From Amoebidium appalachense (taxonomy: Eukaryota; Protista; Ichthyosporea), in contig CAVNZM010000011.1 of the NCBI GenBank assembly GCA_963693365.1, positions 6,777,921 through 6,841,920 on the forward strand: 64,000 nt of DNA, read 5' to 3'. This document shows, one piece after another, positions 25,549 to 49,596 of the stretch. Position 1 is the first letter of the stretch, and each line of letters begins with the position of its first letter. The notes beneath the pieces were generated by a model. It ran no database searches. It was not told the DNA's origin and saw only the letters and a program-made list of their open reading frames with translations. The position numbers and the translations under genes are program-made.

Positions 25549-26013
25549 TGTGTGTGCGTGTGTGTGTGTGTGTGTGTCTGTGTGTGTGCGCGCGTGTGTG
25601 TGTGTGTGTGTAGTACTAGTAGTAGTAGTGTGTGTGTTTGTGTGTGTGTGTGTGTCTGTCTGTGTGTGTGTGTTGTGTGTGTGTGCCAGTGTTTGCGTGC
25701 ATGCGTGCATGCGTGCGCGCGTGTGTGTCTGTGTCTGTGTGTGTGTGTGTGTGTGCGTGTGTGTGTTTGTTCGCTCGTGTGTGTGCATAGGAAGAGGGGG
25801 GAAGGGCCCGGGGGGGGGGGGGAGGGGAGAGGGGGGAGGGGGGAGGAGGAGGAGGAGAGAGAGAATGGAACCTTGGCTGGGACCAGGATCCCAGAGGGTC
25901 GCCACGTCGATCGCGTGTACAATGACTATTAATATCAGGCTGTATACGTAACAAGTCACAAGTGGCACTGGAACGGGGGGAGCTATTATTACTATTATTC
26001 TTCCCCCGTGCAG

Positions 26014-26869
26014 CGCATGCCTCGCACCCCCCACTGGTGCCCAAATGCAGCAGCCGCCCTCAGGGGACGGTCAGCGCTGCGGTGGCCGCGGGCCTGCACC
26101 GGGCACAGCACGCAGATGAACACGTGTTTCGAGTGCATGCAGACAAACAGCGCTGCGCTGATTGCCGCCGGCTGCGACCACCTCAAGTGCCCTGCGGCCA
26201 TGGCAGCCACGTGTCCGGACTGCCCCCGCCCCGGCGCAAACGACAGCTGCCGTGCTCTGTGTGAGGCAAACCGCAACAGCACGGAATGCAGCGCCTGCCG
26301 CAGCAAGTGCCGCGCCTGCATCGACCAGAACACAGACGCCCTCATTGCTGCGGGCTGCAAGGCCCTTGTTTGCGCAAAAGTCATCAACACCACCTGCCCC
26401 GACTGTGCCTCCACCGATGCATGCCGCACTGCCTGCGACTTGAACCGCACCAGCAGCGAGTGCACACAGTGCGGCAACAAGGGTACCGGCTGCACCAAGT
26501 GTCTCACCGCAAACAACGCCACGTTAGCTGATGCAGGCTGCCCCCAGCCCCAAGGCCTCAAGGGGAGTGGACTCCAACCGAGATGGTCATATGGGACAGG
26601 GTGGTATGGGCAATAATATGGGTGATGCTATGGAACAGGGTAATATAGGTGGTATGGGTGGTATGGGCAATAATATGGGTGATGCTATGGAACAGGGTAA
26701 TATAGGTGGTATGGGTGGTATGGGCAATAATATGGGTGATGCTATGGAACATGGTAATATAGGTGGTATGGGTGGTATGGGCCCGCACGGTGGTATGGGT
26801 GGTATGGGACAGGGTGTTATGGGCAGTAATATGGGTGGTGACATGCAGGGCCAAAATGGGCCGCAGTAA
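26014..26869 (+). CDS. Cys-rich repeat protein (3 x CxxC-x3-N-x3-L-x2-AGC modules) with a C-terminal Gly/Met-rich 19-aa repeat; frameshifted as assembled, 5' exon not identified
   Basis: ORF 26008-26616 holds CFECMQTNSAALIAAGC / CRACIDQNTDALIAAGC / CTKCLTANNATLADAGC, TCPDC twice and several N-x-S/T sequons. ORF 26531-26869 holds 3 x 57-nt repeats (MGNNMGDAMEQGNIGGMGG). The two join if one base is removed at a C or G run at 26540-26566. Candidate acceptor gtgcag at 26008-26013. Confidence 0.65.
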
Positions 26870-27414
26870 TTGTTGGTATCAGCTAGTTAGCTAGCCGCAG
26901 TGAGTGCTCGGTGGTTCAGGTAATGATTACCTTTGCAAATTTTAAAATGTTAAATTTTAACTGAAAATGCAAGTGACTGGTCTACGTAGGTGCTGAGCAC
27001 CTAAATATGCCGCAGACATTGCCCGTCAGTTATTGTTGGTTTTTTTGCTGGTTTTTTTTTTGCTCCCCCATGGACAATATCTTCGGAGCCAAATGTACAA
27101 CCGGACCGAGCAGGCTGGCACTGTTACGGAAAGATGATGTATCCAGATTAATGGAAGGCCTAAAAAATAAATGTTAAATACACCTGAACACTTCAACGTG
27201 TGCCTGACCGTGCACATTCTGATATGTAGAGTCTTCCGGATTTCTGCTGTTACAGTAAACATTGTAGTCGAACCAATGAGAGCCCACGCTAAAATCGGAC
27301 AGGGTTGGTGTTTCATTTTTTCCTTATCTAAGTCTTTCTTTCCTTTCTTCATTTTTTTCTTTTTTTTTGTTTGTTTTCCTTTTTTTCGTTTCTCAAATTC
27401 ACCTGTGTGCGTGT

Positions 27415-27445
<31 letters not shown>

Positions 27446-27448
27446 GGG

Positions 27449-27527
<79 letters not shown>

Positions 27528-27531
27528 ACAC

Positions 27532-27585
<54 letters not shown>

Positions 27586-27629
27586 CGCGTGTGTGTGTGT
27601 GTGTGTGCGTGTGCGTACAGTGTGTGTGT

Positions 27630-27670
<41 letters not shown>

Positions 27671-27889
27671 CTGGTGGGTGAGCACCTGCACAGGTGTGTA
27701 TGGATGCGTATTGTTTGGGGGGCCGGGGGGGGGGGGGGGGGATATATTATTTAGCAGAGGGGGATTCACGTAAGGCAAAATACCCCCCTCCCCCCTTTCT
27801 CCCCTCCCCACCTCCCGTTCTCCCCCCCTCTCCCCCAACCCCCCCCCCCCCCTTCTCCCCCCCCCCATACACACACCCAGTATATTCAG

Positions 27890-27921
<32 letters not shown>

Positions 27922-28238
27922 CTTAAAACTTATTCATGGGTATCGGACAAACCCTCTGGGCCTAAATGTGCACTAATATTAGTATTTAGGGATCCTCAGC
28001 TACTAGAGTATAGTCGGTGTCAGCGAGAGACAGAAGTTCAATGGGAGATTCCAGGGCCTAGGGGTCTTCTCTGGGAACAATGTCGAAAGGTCGAACTACT
28101 ACTACACACTCAAAATTTAGTGCGGCCCCATCCGGCGCCTAGCACCCATTGACAATATTCTATTGTGCACACATATAATGGAAGTGTGTTCGTCTTGTGT
28201 GTGCGTGTTTGCCGCAGGTGTGTGACACGGTGTGTGAC

Positions 28239-28341
<103 letters not shown>

Positions 28342-28393
28342 ATGTGTGTGTGCATGTGTGGGTGCATGTGTGCGTGCGTGCGTGCGACTGCGC

Positions 28394-28464
<71 letters not shown>

Positions 28465-28468
28465 TGTG

Positions 28469-28499
<31 letters not shown>

Positions 28500-29120
28500 C
28501 CTCGGGCGGGCAGGCTGGCGGGCGGGCGGGTGGGCGGGAGAGGCGGGGGAGGAGGAAGGGTGAGGGGTGCCAGTGCCGAGGGGGGAGGGGGGGGGTGAGA
28601 GGGCACGGGAGTGATTGAGAAAAGAAGGGAGAGAAAAAATGTGTGTGCTTGTGAGCACAGCATGCACGTCTGCTGCTTGCCTTGCCATGATATACTCAGT
28701 GAGCGTGTGCGTCGCCTTCTAATGTGTGTGAGTATCTTTCTCTTGGCTGTCTGTTTATTAGCGAGTGAGTAGGAGGATGTGAACAGTGCGTATACATGTG
28801 ATCATGAGCAGGCGATTTTATTAGTTCTTCGGTGTGAGTGTACGTATAGTCTGCATGTGGGTGTACTTGCAGGTGTGCATGTGCACGTGCACTTCGGCTG
28901 TGCATGCAGTACCGTAGTAGTAAGTACGTGCCTACTACTTGTGTCAGGTGTAGATATGCTTGTGTGTATGCGAGCACGCGCGTGCGTTTTGTGTGTATGT
29001 GTGCGTGTGTGTGTGCGTGTGTGCGTACATACGTGCATTTGTGTATGTGTGTGTGTGTGTGCAGGCGCACATGCGTTTGTGTATACGTATGTATGTGTGT
29101 GTGTTTGTGTGTGTGTGATT

Positions 29121-29245
<125 letters not shown>

Positions 29246-29413
29246 TGTGTGTGTGTGTGTGTGTGTGAGGGAGAGGGAGAGCGGAGAGTGGATGAGCGAG
29301 AGCTGAGAGGGCGGGGGGGGGGGGGGGGAGCGACACACACACACACACATACACACACACACACACGCGCGCGCGCACACACACACACACAGAGAGAGAG
29401 AGAGGGGGGGGGG

Positions 29414-29467
<54 letters not shown>

Positions 29468-29476
29468 GGGGGGGGG

Positions 29477-29507
<31 letters not shown>

Positions 29508-29678
29508 GGGGGGGGGGGGTGCACAGGTGTGTACGTTTGTGTTGCTGCGTGTGGCACTGTGTTCCGCTGATGAGAACTTTGAAGGGGTATAAGGGAGGCC
29601 GCATGGGAAACTCTGGACGGCGGTGCGGGGAATATTGCTGTTTTTTTGGTGATGGTGGTGGTATTTGGGGGAAGGGGA

Positions 29679-29719
<41 letters not shown>

Positions 29720-31938
29720 TGGTCTGGACGTCACTTGGAGGGTGATCGGTAACGAAACCTTTAAATTTGACAAGCTTAGATCTAAGAGCCTGCATGCATG
29801 CTGCATCATCATCGTCCTGTTCATGTTCTGAATGTTCAAACCCTGGTTCAAAAACGAGTCAGACCGCGCCAGCCGCCAACTTACACCAAGCGACGTTGAA
29901 CCCGGCGATTGCAATCTCAAAGTGAGTGCTATCCTTTCGCTCTGTTATAGTGACTTTGTCTTTTTTCTGTTTGCGTTACGGTATGCATAAGGATCTGACG
30001 ATGTGTCTGAATATGGCAGGTGAGCTACCATAAAAAGAAGACACTTTTCTGGTTGGTTCAATGAGGATCTTTAGTGTACCAATCGTGTGACGTAGATATA
30101 CATCGAGTCACCCCAGACACGGAAGCCCCCCAGATCATTAAACATCACGATGTAAATGGGGCTTCCGGGACCTGGCGTCCTCAGTCTTTTCCTTGTCCAA
30201 AACATATTTCTTGTCAACGAAAGCTGTGACCATCCGTCCCCCATCCGACTTTCATCCGTGTTCAAATTCATGTTCCCATCACATTTCAATGTCGCAATTG
30301 CAAGAAAGTAATCTGATTGGCGCATACTGCATCTGAGCTTTTGTTGACTCAAGGAGGGGCCACTGCGGCTCCAAAACTTCCTTGTGAGCCTCGGGATATG
30401 TATGCAAAGCAGATTTTCGATACTTTTTTATGCCCATCAATAAACATTGTTCCATTTTCAGTTGCAGCAGTCAAAAATAAAGCAGGGGTGGGGATATCTG
30501 GGGGATTTTATATATGCTTGTGGAGTCCAAACTTAGGTAGCGAGCTAATTTATGTACAGGCTGCGGTGCTACGAGGGTGCAACCCAGTCACGGGTCGAAT
30601 TCCAGACTGGCACAGCCCGGCCCTCTGTGCCGTGACAGATCGATATCGGATGCATTTGGAAGGTCTCACGCATACGCACATTACAGCCTACATATGTACA
30701 TTACTGTTTTTTCACAGCACTGGCACGCACGGATGCCAGTTATTGCCACATTTCCTAAAATTCCGATAATCTGGATCATACGGTTCAAGAGACGTACACG
30801 GTGCTGTACACCTTACTACGGCGGCTTGTCTTCTCTTGTTTGACGAATCCGACATGGTAATTTCAAAGCCCGGAAGGTCAAAATCGACTTTTGTCTGATT
30901 GGTTGAATTGTGATGCTGCATTAGCCAATGAAAATGGGGCAACCCCTTCACCCCACGCAAACAAACAAACAGACATGTTGCAAAGTAAAAACATAATGAT
31001 AACGACAGAGCTCAAACCCTGCAGCTGCAGGAATTCCCGGCAAATCACAATGTGCACGTACACTGTGACTACTGGTTTACCTGCGTAAATGGCAACCAAC
31101 ATCATGAATTAATATACGTGTATGTTATTGTTTTTTTGTACACGTATTGTTTTCGAAGCATTTCGGACCAGCTGCATGCTGCGCTGTGCTTCATGACTCA
31201 TGAGCCTATTATGGCCTTTGATTTTGTGCACTGAGATCTTCACCGGGCAAGCATCTGCTACAACTGGCTTGTACCGTGACGTACATACACACGGTTGCAG
31301 ACTTGCACTGCGCCAGCGGTTGTTAAAGGATATACACTACGTGCACCTCGAGCTCGTCTTAATATACAACTTCAATAGCGTATACATATGTTTGTGTATT
31401 AAAGGTCCTATACCGAGTGACTACTACTATGAATGCTTGCACGTATACATAGTGCAAAATGGCCGAAATTTAACCTCCGAATTCAAACCTGAACCATATG
31501 GCCAGTGCCTATTTTTTTTTTGTTTATGTACGTGAAGCCACTGTGGCTGTGCAGGGCCACCCTCCGGTGGGCTCCCGGAGGAAATCTATAAATGAATCCA
31601 CACAAAAGTTTAAAACGACGTGCCAACAGCTTGAAGTCCGTCAGTTTTTGCTTTACGTCAGCTAAGCAACAATCTAATTAGCAACGGTTGATCAGACTTA
31701 CATTATTATCCTAAGGTAGCTACAGATATCGATACACCCAGACCTCCACTTGAGGCCTCGGGAGTCAGGAGGCTCAATAGGGATTCGCGGGCTCATGATA
31801 GTGTCCTTGTAACTAATGATCAATCAGCTCCAGCAGGAAGTATCACTGACGAATGCACCTGTAAATATTTTGAAAAAGAAAGAAAAAGAAAAAACCTTTT
31901 GGTGACGTGTACGTGCATATACTGAAGCAAATTTAAGA

Positions 31939-36270
<4,332 letters not shown>

Positions 36271-36712
36271 ATTTAATCACAAACTTCAATCTCAATCGCA
36301 CATCCGATTTGGGATTATCCGGTTACGAAAAAACTCATGGCATGGCGTCTAGCCTGGCGGTTAACTTGCTGTGTGATTACATATTCCTGTTCAACGTATT
36401 CAAAACGATCCTACAACAAGAGTAACCAACATTTATCATACAACATCGAACCCCCCCCCCCCCCCCCCCCCCTCCCTCTCCAGGCTCCCCCCTCTCCCCC
36501 GCGACAATTGTTTTTGTATCTGGAATCCCCCTCCCCCCTCCCCCCCCCCCCCCCCCCCCTTCCCACCCTTTCCCCTCCTTTGGAATTCTGGGTAAATACT
36601 GTTTGCCACCCACTCCCTTTTCTTTTCTTTTCTTTTTTTTTTTAATTAAAGTCTCCCCCCCTGCCCCCCAGGCCTTCCCTGTTTAGGAATACACATTCCC
36701 CATTTGTCTAGT

Positions 36713-37087
36713 ACTGTAACATTCCCGACCCCCGCCTTTCATTATTAACATTTAACCTTATAGCCTCCCGAATCAGAAAGGACAATCTTTACGGTTACAT
36801 TGAATAGACCGTCATCTTTGTACCAAGGCAATGAATCACTGTAACATTCCCAATCCCCGCCTTTCATTATTAATATTTAACCTTATCATCTCCCGAATCA
36901 GAAAGGACAATCTTTACGGTTACATTGAATAGACCGTCGTCTTTGTACCAAGGCAATGAATCACTGTAACATTCCCAATCCCCGCCTTTCATTATTAATA
37001 TTTAACCTTATAGCCTCCCGAATCAGAAAGGACAATCTTTACGGTTACATTGAATAGACCTGGTCTTTGTACCAAGGCAATGAATCA
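36713..37087. repeat. Three near-identical tandem copies of a 125-bp unit downstream of the SLC1 gene
   Basis: actgtaacattccc...ccaaggcaatgaatc starts at 36713, 36838 and 36963. Confidence 0.95.
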
Positions 37088-37316
37088 AGTGACGTGGCCG
37101 GGCCACCTGTGAAATGCTAGTAGCCACTTGACCGCACAATCGTTGTGTGTGTGTGCCTGTACATGTCTAAGTGTTGGAATAAAAGGTCAATTAAACCCAT
37201 TCACGGCCGTATTGTGCGCTACTAAGGTCAAACCCCCTCCCCCCCCCTCCCCCCTCCCCCCTCTTCTCCCCTTTAGACACACGGGGGGACCCCGACGAGG
37301 AGGGGGCAGGGGGTGT

Positions 37317-37394
<78 letters not shown>

Positions 37395-37540
37395 TGTTGG
37401 GAGGCAGGTGTGTGGGGGAGGGGGGGGGGGGGGGAGGGGGGGGGGTAATAATAGATTTGGCTCCCGCCAAGGATGCTTCGAAAATTGTTCACTGAAGCTG
37501 CTTTTACATGTGACGTAATAACGGTTGAATGTGTGGTGCG

Positions 37541-37664
<124 letters not shown>

Positions 37665-37934
37665 ACTCTGTGTGGGGTCTTTGTGTCTGTGTGTCTGTCT
37701 GTGTGCGTGTGTGTGTGTGTGTGTCACTCTGTGTGTGTCTGTGTGTCTGTGTGTGCGTGTGTGTGGGTGGGGTGTGCGTGCGTGTGTGTGTGTCACTCTG
37801 TGTGTGTGTCTGTGTGTCTGTGTGTGCGTGTGTGTGGGTGGGGTGTGCGTGTGTGTGCGAGCGGGTGCGCACTGCTGGTGTGCATGTCTGTGAGTGCGGC
37901 ACGGTATGTGGATGTAGCGTCTCTGTGTGCGAGT

Positions 37935-38026
<92 letters not shown>

Positions 38027-38379
38027 GCGCGCGCGCGCACGTGTGTGTGTTTGTGTGTGTGTGCCTGGGTGTGGTGTTTGTCATGCAGCCTGCGTGTTTC
38101 TGCACGTGCTGCACGGTGTGGATGCGAGATAACAGGTAAATCAGGGCTAGAGCATGAAAGGGCCAACAACACCAACAGAATAAATCTGCTGCTGGCAGAA
38201 TTATTCTGCTTGCAGGAGAATTTTTCTTTTTGCACAAAAGCAGAATTTTTCTCCAAAAAGTGGAACAATTATGCAATACAGCTGTAAATTTCAGAGCAGA
38301 AATATTCTGCAAAAGCATAAACGATTCTTCAAAAAGCATAGCTAAATATTCTGCAAAAAGCAAAAAGCAAAAAGCAAAA

Positions 38380-38423
<44 letters not shown>

Positions 38424-38888
38424 CAAAGAGCTGAATTATTCAGCAACTTTGGAATTGAATTGTTCAGCAAGTTGACTCATGATGCGGCGAATTTGTGTTT
38501 GTTCATGTGCTTGCGCTTTACTAGATATAGTATTGAATTCGTTCGACGTGTTGTATGAGAAACCCAGAGCAGTCTCTTCCGCTTGTTTTTTGTCATGGAG
38601 CAAAAACCAACTAAATGCTGGTCTATCTCAACATGCTTTTGTCTAGTTGTGCACCATGAAGTTAAGGGTCCCCCCCCCCCCCCCCCTGGGCCCCCTCCCC
38701 CTCTCAGCCCAGCTATATGTGGTTCCCTGCAGAGCTACCTATTGGGGGGGGGGGGGGGGGGGGGGGGCACCCTCCAGAAAGAGCCCCCCCCCCCCCCCCC
38801 CCCTCCCTCCAGCTCCCCGGAGGGCGGAGAGTGGGTACCAGCGCCGTACCACCAGGGGGGACGCATCCCCCCTCCTTCCCGCCCCCCT

Positions 38889-38933
<45 letters not shown>

Positions 38934-39036
38934 TTCCCATTTCAAAATCAAATAACCCTGTACTATGGCATGTACATGTTGTGTATGCACATGTGTGTGT
39001 GCGGGTGTGTGTGCGGGTGCGTCTAGGAACTCCCTT

Positions 39037-39068
<32 letters not shown>

Positions 39069-40580
39069 CCCCCCCCCCCCCCCTCCCCCTGACAAGTTGG
39101 GTCACTCCAATGATAATCAGGTGTGCATGCACACGTATCTGCAGTGTGTGCGTGTGTGCGTGTGTGTTTGTATCTGACATGTGTGTGTCAGTGTGCCACT
39201 GCCATTGTGTAATGTGCGTCGGAGTGTACACCAATTGCCTGTGCCAGCCACTCACTCGACTCAGTCGACCAATCAAACTAATGGTATGCAAAAGCCTCGT
39301 TGATTGATCTGGTTGGAAAGCAATCACGCACCTTTCAATGCCGCGGTTCGCCATCTAATTATAGCACATTCAAAGTCTTCAAATCTAAACATAGAATGTC
39401 CCTAATTTGGCTCTCCTGGCTTGCTCCCCCTTGCCACCAGCGTGCACGCACAGCGCTCGCCCGGGCCCTCCCCCTGCTCGCTTTCCAGCACACGCACACA
39501 AGTTTTATGGAGAGAGGGGTAGGCCAATTTCCACGTTCGTTAGCATTAATCCTGTAACACAAAAAGGGTAGAAGGGAGGCGTTTAGCCTGTTGCTACGAA
39601 GACTCGGTTGGCCTAACACCCTTTCCATAGCTTGAAGCGGCGCTACCAACATAGAAGGTTAGTGTCTTTTTCGCAGCGATCTTTTTACCATATCATGGGC
39701 GAGGGAAGAGATGAGATGTAATTACGTGATTCCGGCAAGGTTGCGAGGGCACTAAGAAGCGGAGTCAAAAAATCGTTGCAACTAAAGAGACCCTCAATTC
39801 GCTTTTATTTTTTTCTAATGCCAGGGTCAGCGGGAAGAAATTGTCAAAACTACGATTCTGGACTCCGAGGCTCCTAGGTCACGTCGAGGGAGCGTGAAAC
39901 AATAGTGCTCAAAGGGATTCCTTATGTTCTTAAAATTCTCTCAATCGGGATACGTTTCGTTATCCCCAAGCGTTAAGCTTGATCGGATTCAGTTCTGGGC
40001 GTGGTAAACCTTAAACGAGAATACGAGGGAGGGAGGGAGTAGGACGTTTCATAGCAGTGGTTATGAGGGGAGGGAGAAAGTGCATAGGTTTTGGTTATTT
40101 AGTGGTATCTAAGCCTATGGCGGAGATAGAGGACGGAAAGGGCAACATGTATCAGAAGGGATAAAGTGGAACATGGTAGTTTGATTGACATAACACTGCC
40201 TACAAATCACATATATTGCAGAGCACAAGCATGGTTGTGTTGGAGCATGTGGGAACGGGTGGGCCTACGAGAGAGATGAGAGGGAGGCATTCACAGACAG
40301 GGAATGTGTTGGTCCACTTTTGTTAACCGGGGGCGTGTATAGACCCATCAGCGAACCCAGCAGTGGAATTTTAATTTGGAAACAGTGGTGACATTCCGAG
40401 CTCCAACTAGATTCATACCACAGGTTCAGGTTCCCAACAACATGCGTATAGTTTTCGTGGTTGGAGTGGGAGAGTTTATGGGCACCTTGGTGGGAGCTTT
40501 TTTCAGGCGCCCATGGTTTTGTTATTTTTTTTGACGTGAGGGAGTGCACCTGCAGTTGCTAAGAAGGTTTTTTTTGGCAG

Positions 40581-46577
<5,997 letters not shown>

Positions 46578-46852
46578 TTTGCCAAACTTTTTTTCTCCCC
46601 GAATTTTCAAAGGCGGGAGAGAGGGGGGTTTCAAACTTGTGCATGGTGAACACATGGGGGGGATGTATAAAGATATCTCACTGTTAGTGAGTGCGCGGCT
46701 GTGCGATGTGTCCTGAAGAATAAAGTTTAAGTTCTTTGTTGGTATGCCGTGTGATCATGCATGCAGTGTTTTGGCAAGTGTCTGCGTCGTGACTGTGTCG
46801 CACACGCACGAATGCACGGACACACGGACCTGCTGAAGCTTTCGCACACACA

Positions 46853-46896
<44 letters not shown>

Positions 46897-46914
46897 CTCA
46901 CCCTCTCTCTTCTC

Positions 46915-46971
<57 letters not shown>

Positions 46972-46982
46972 CTCCACCCTCT

Positions 46983-47042
<60 letters not shown>

Positions 47043-47060
47043 CTCACCCTCTCTCTTCTC

Positions 47061-47091
<31 letters not shown>

Positions 47092-47222
47092 ACCTCAATC
47101 TCTATCTCCCTCTCTCCCTCTCTGAGACTCTGTCTCTGTCCCTCCCCCCCCCTCCCCCCCCCCCCCCCCCTTTTGTCTCTACTCTCTCTCTCTCTCTCAT
47201 CTCTCTCTTCTCGACTCCCCCG

Positions 47223-47816
47223 GGGTCCTCCCTGAGGATGGGCTCTGCTTATGACGCATACTGTGCACATGGCTGATGTTGCATACTTATATGTTTGCCT
47301 TTGCATATGTCACTGCACCATGCTTCTCGTCGTGTATGCGTACTTCGTACCGTGTTCCGCATTCAAACCCCCCCAGTCTTCTTTCAGAGGTGTCCTTTCA
47401 GGACAGACCACTGTGTGGAGACCGCTGTACTTCCATGCAACCGGGCATGGTTGATGTGTCGTGCATCTGTAAGCACATACGCATTTTTCGCTGCACTGCA
47501 TTAGTTGGCACACACATCTTCACCGTTTTGCTCACCTTGCTTGCATAAGCAACCCTGCTCGTCTTTGATCAAGACGGGTTGACCCGCCCAAGTTCAGTTG
47601 ATGCTGCTGTTTGAGTTGGAGCGTCGTATATACGCGGGCTAAGGGGTCGAAACTCAGACGCAATTGATGACTTGGGTCCTCCCTGAGGATGGGCTCTGTT
47701 ATGACGCATACTGTGCACATGGCTGATGTTGCATACTTATATGTTTGCCTTTGCATATGTCCTGCACCATGCTTCTCGTCGTGTATGCGTACTTCGTACC
47801 GTGTTCCGCATTCAAA
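47223..47816 (+). mobile_element. Family A element as a head-to-tail 1.3-mer
   Basis: cctgaggatggg at 47231 and 47682. Includes the same junction segment (C7-agtcttctttcagaggtgtcctttcaggacagaccactgtgtggagac) as 43608-43662. Ends cattcaaa + poly(C). Confidence 0.9.
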
Positions 47817-47821
47817 CCCCC

Positions 47822-47860
<39 letters not shown>

Positions 47861-47950
47861 CCTCCCCCCCCCCCCCCCCCCCCCCCGGCCCAGGCTCTCT
47901 TGACATCTCTCTCTCCTTACTAGTCCCTCTTCAGCAGGTTCTTCCTGCCC

Positions 47951-47992
<42 letters not shown>

Positions 47993-48693
47993 CCGTTTTT
48001 CTCTAGATCTCTCGCTAGCGCGGCGTACACTGGCATCTAGCTGGCACATGTGACATGCATGTCACACGTGCACCGACTCACACGTGCCCACTGGATTTCC
48101 GGTTTATAAATTTACGCTGAGCTGCTGTGGAATGCTTTGCTTCGCTCTTGAAGATCTATTTTGTACAATTTGTGCGGGTGAACGGTCTGGTTGGCGGAAC
48201 CCATGGAATCAGATAGCCAAATATAGCTTTAGAGCTCTGGAATGCAAAAGGGATAATTGCAATACAGGCTCATTGGATAAAAGTATCAACATCTGGAATG
48301 CTTCTCGCAGCAAGTATGGTGTTCTGATTGGATATAGGATGGAGCTCCCCCGGGAAGTCACAAAATTTGCGTTCCGATGTTCCCCCTTGTAAGCTGTCCT
48401 AGTACTGCTGAAGCGTGGCCCTTCATCCATCGTGAATAAAGGTTATCACCTCTTTGACCCTTTCATAACTTCTGCATTTGTGAAGTTTTTAGCAGTCGAA
48501 TAATGGGGATCATATGCCTCGGAAAAATTTAGAAGTGCACGTGATAAAACAAAGGGCTGTGAAAGTGCCATCACTGACATTCCCATAGGACTTAGTATAG
48601 GGAGATCAGTTCGTTTTTAGACTCCGAAATTCCCCCGTAAAACATGCGACACACGCAGGGCTTACGTGCGTCACTGCCATGCACGGAGTGCAG

Positions 48694-48701
48694 TATATAA
48701 A
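48694..48701 (+). promoter_or_regulatory. Candidate TATA box for the 48820 gene
   Basis: tatataaa about 120 nt upstream of the ATG. Confidence 0.4.
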
Positions 48702-48819
48702 GCGTCCATCTGAACTGTGTTTCGTGTGCAGTGCTGCAAACAAACAAAGCCGTGGGGTCTAACGTCCAACACGCTTCTTTTCTCTTTCAACAACTACAGC
48801 AACATCACATTTCGCAAAA

Positions 48820-49596
48820 ATGTTTTCCCACGCCCTCCTTGCACTCTCAGTTCTTACTGTTACAGCAACGGCCCAGCAACAACCGCTCACTGCCGCAGCA
48901 AAGAAACCGGCTCCTGTCATTCCCCCCTTCAACAAAACGAAATGCGTCAACACACCCTACACCAATACCCCTCTTACGGGGGACATCCTCACCGGAACCA
49001 TCAACTGCGGCGGCAAGGGGTTTTTCTGCACTTGGATGCCCACATCCCAAGCAACTCCCTTGCGCACACAACTGAACGTCACCGACTCCAAGCTTCGCCG
49101 TGCTCGAAATGCAGACCAATGCTGGGAGACGGACGCTAACGGGGCGAAAAACGACTTTCACTGCCACGGTTCAGACAACGATGCCCTCTATTCCCGCGTG
49201 CAAATCAAGCACTATAAGAGGAACTACAACGGGCAGATGCTCTGTCAATGCGGTTGGCCCCCAGTGAACATCACCACGCACTGCGACTACACCGGCAAGA
49301 AAACGGAGTATGACGGAGCATGCCCCACTGGCGCACCCGCGCCTACACAGGCACCTTGGATAGATGGGCAGATGTGGGGGCTAGATTGCTGGGGCCCACT
49401 TTACATCAACGTAACTAATGTTACAGCTCAGATGCCTGCTACCAAGAAACTGCTCATGACTAAGTTGCTGACCGCGGCCGATGTTCCCCTCCCTGCGGGG
49501 GTGAAAGATAGCATGGATATGAAGGGTGAGGGGTCAGATGGTGGTAACGAGAATGCGAACTTTGCAAACCACGCTGTGATTCGCAAGAAGAAATAG
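48820..49596 (+). CDS. Intronless secreted Cys-rich protein of unknown function, 258 aa
   Basis: Complex-sequence ORF with aaaaATG context, signal-peptide-like MFSHALLALSVLTVTATA, 10 Cys, several N-x-T sequons and an upstream TATA. Confidence 0.85.
   Translation: MFSHALLALSVLTVTATAQQQPLTAAAKKPAPVIPPFNKTKCVNTPYTNTPLTGDILTGTINCGGKGFFCTWMPTSQATPLRTQLNVTDSKLRRARNADQCWETDANGAKNDFHCHGSDNDALYSRVQIKHYKRNYNGQMLCQCGWPPVNITTHCDYTGKKTEYDGACPTGAPAPTQAPWIDGQMWGLDCWGPLYINVTNVTAQMPATKKLLMTKLLTAADVPLPAGVKDSMDMKGEGSDGGNENANFANHAVIRKKK

Noticed and set aside
6595-26566. Programmed ribosomal frameshifting as a genome-wide code
   Set aside because: The few shifts appear to differ in sign, fall at short homopolymers and share no motif; sequencing error is the simpler explanation.
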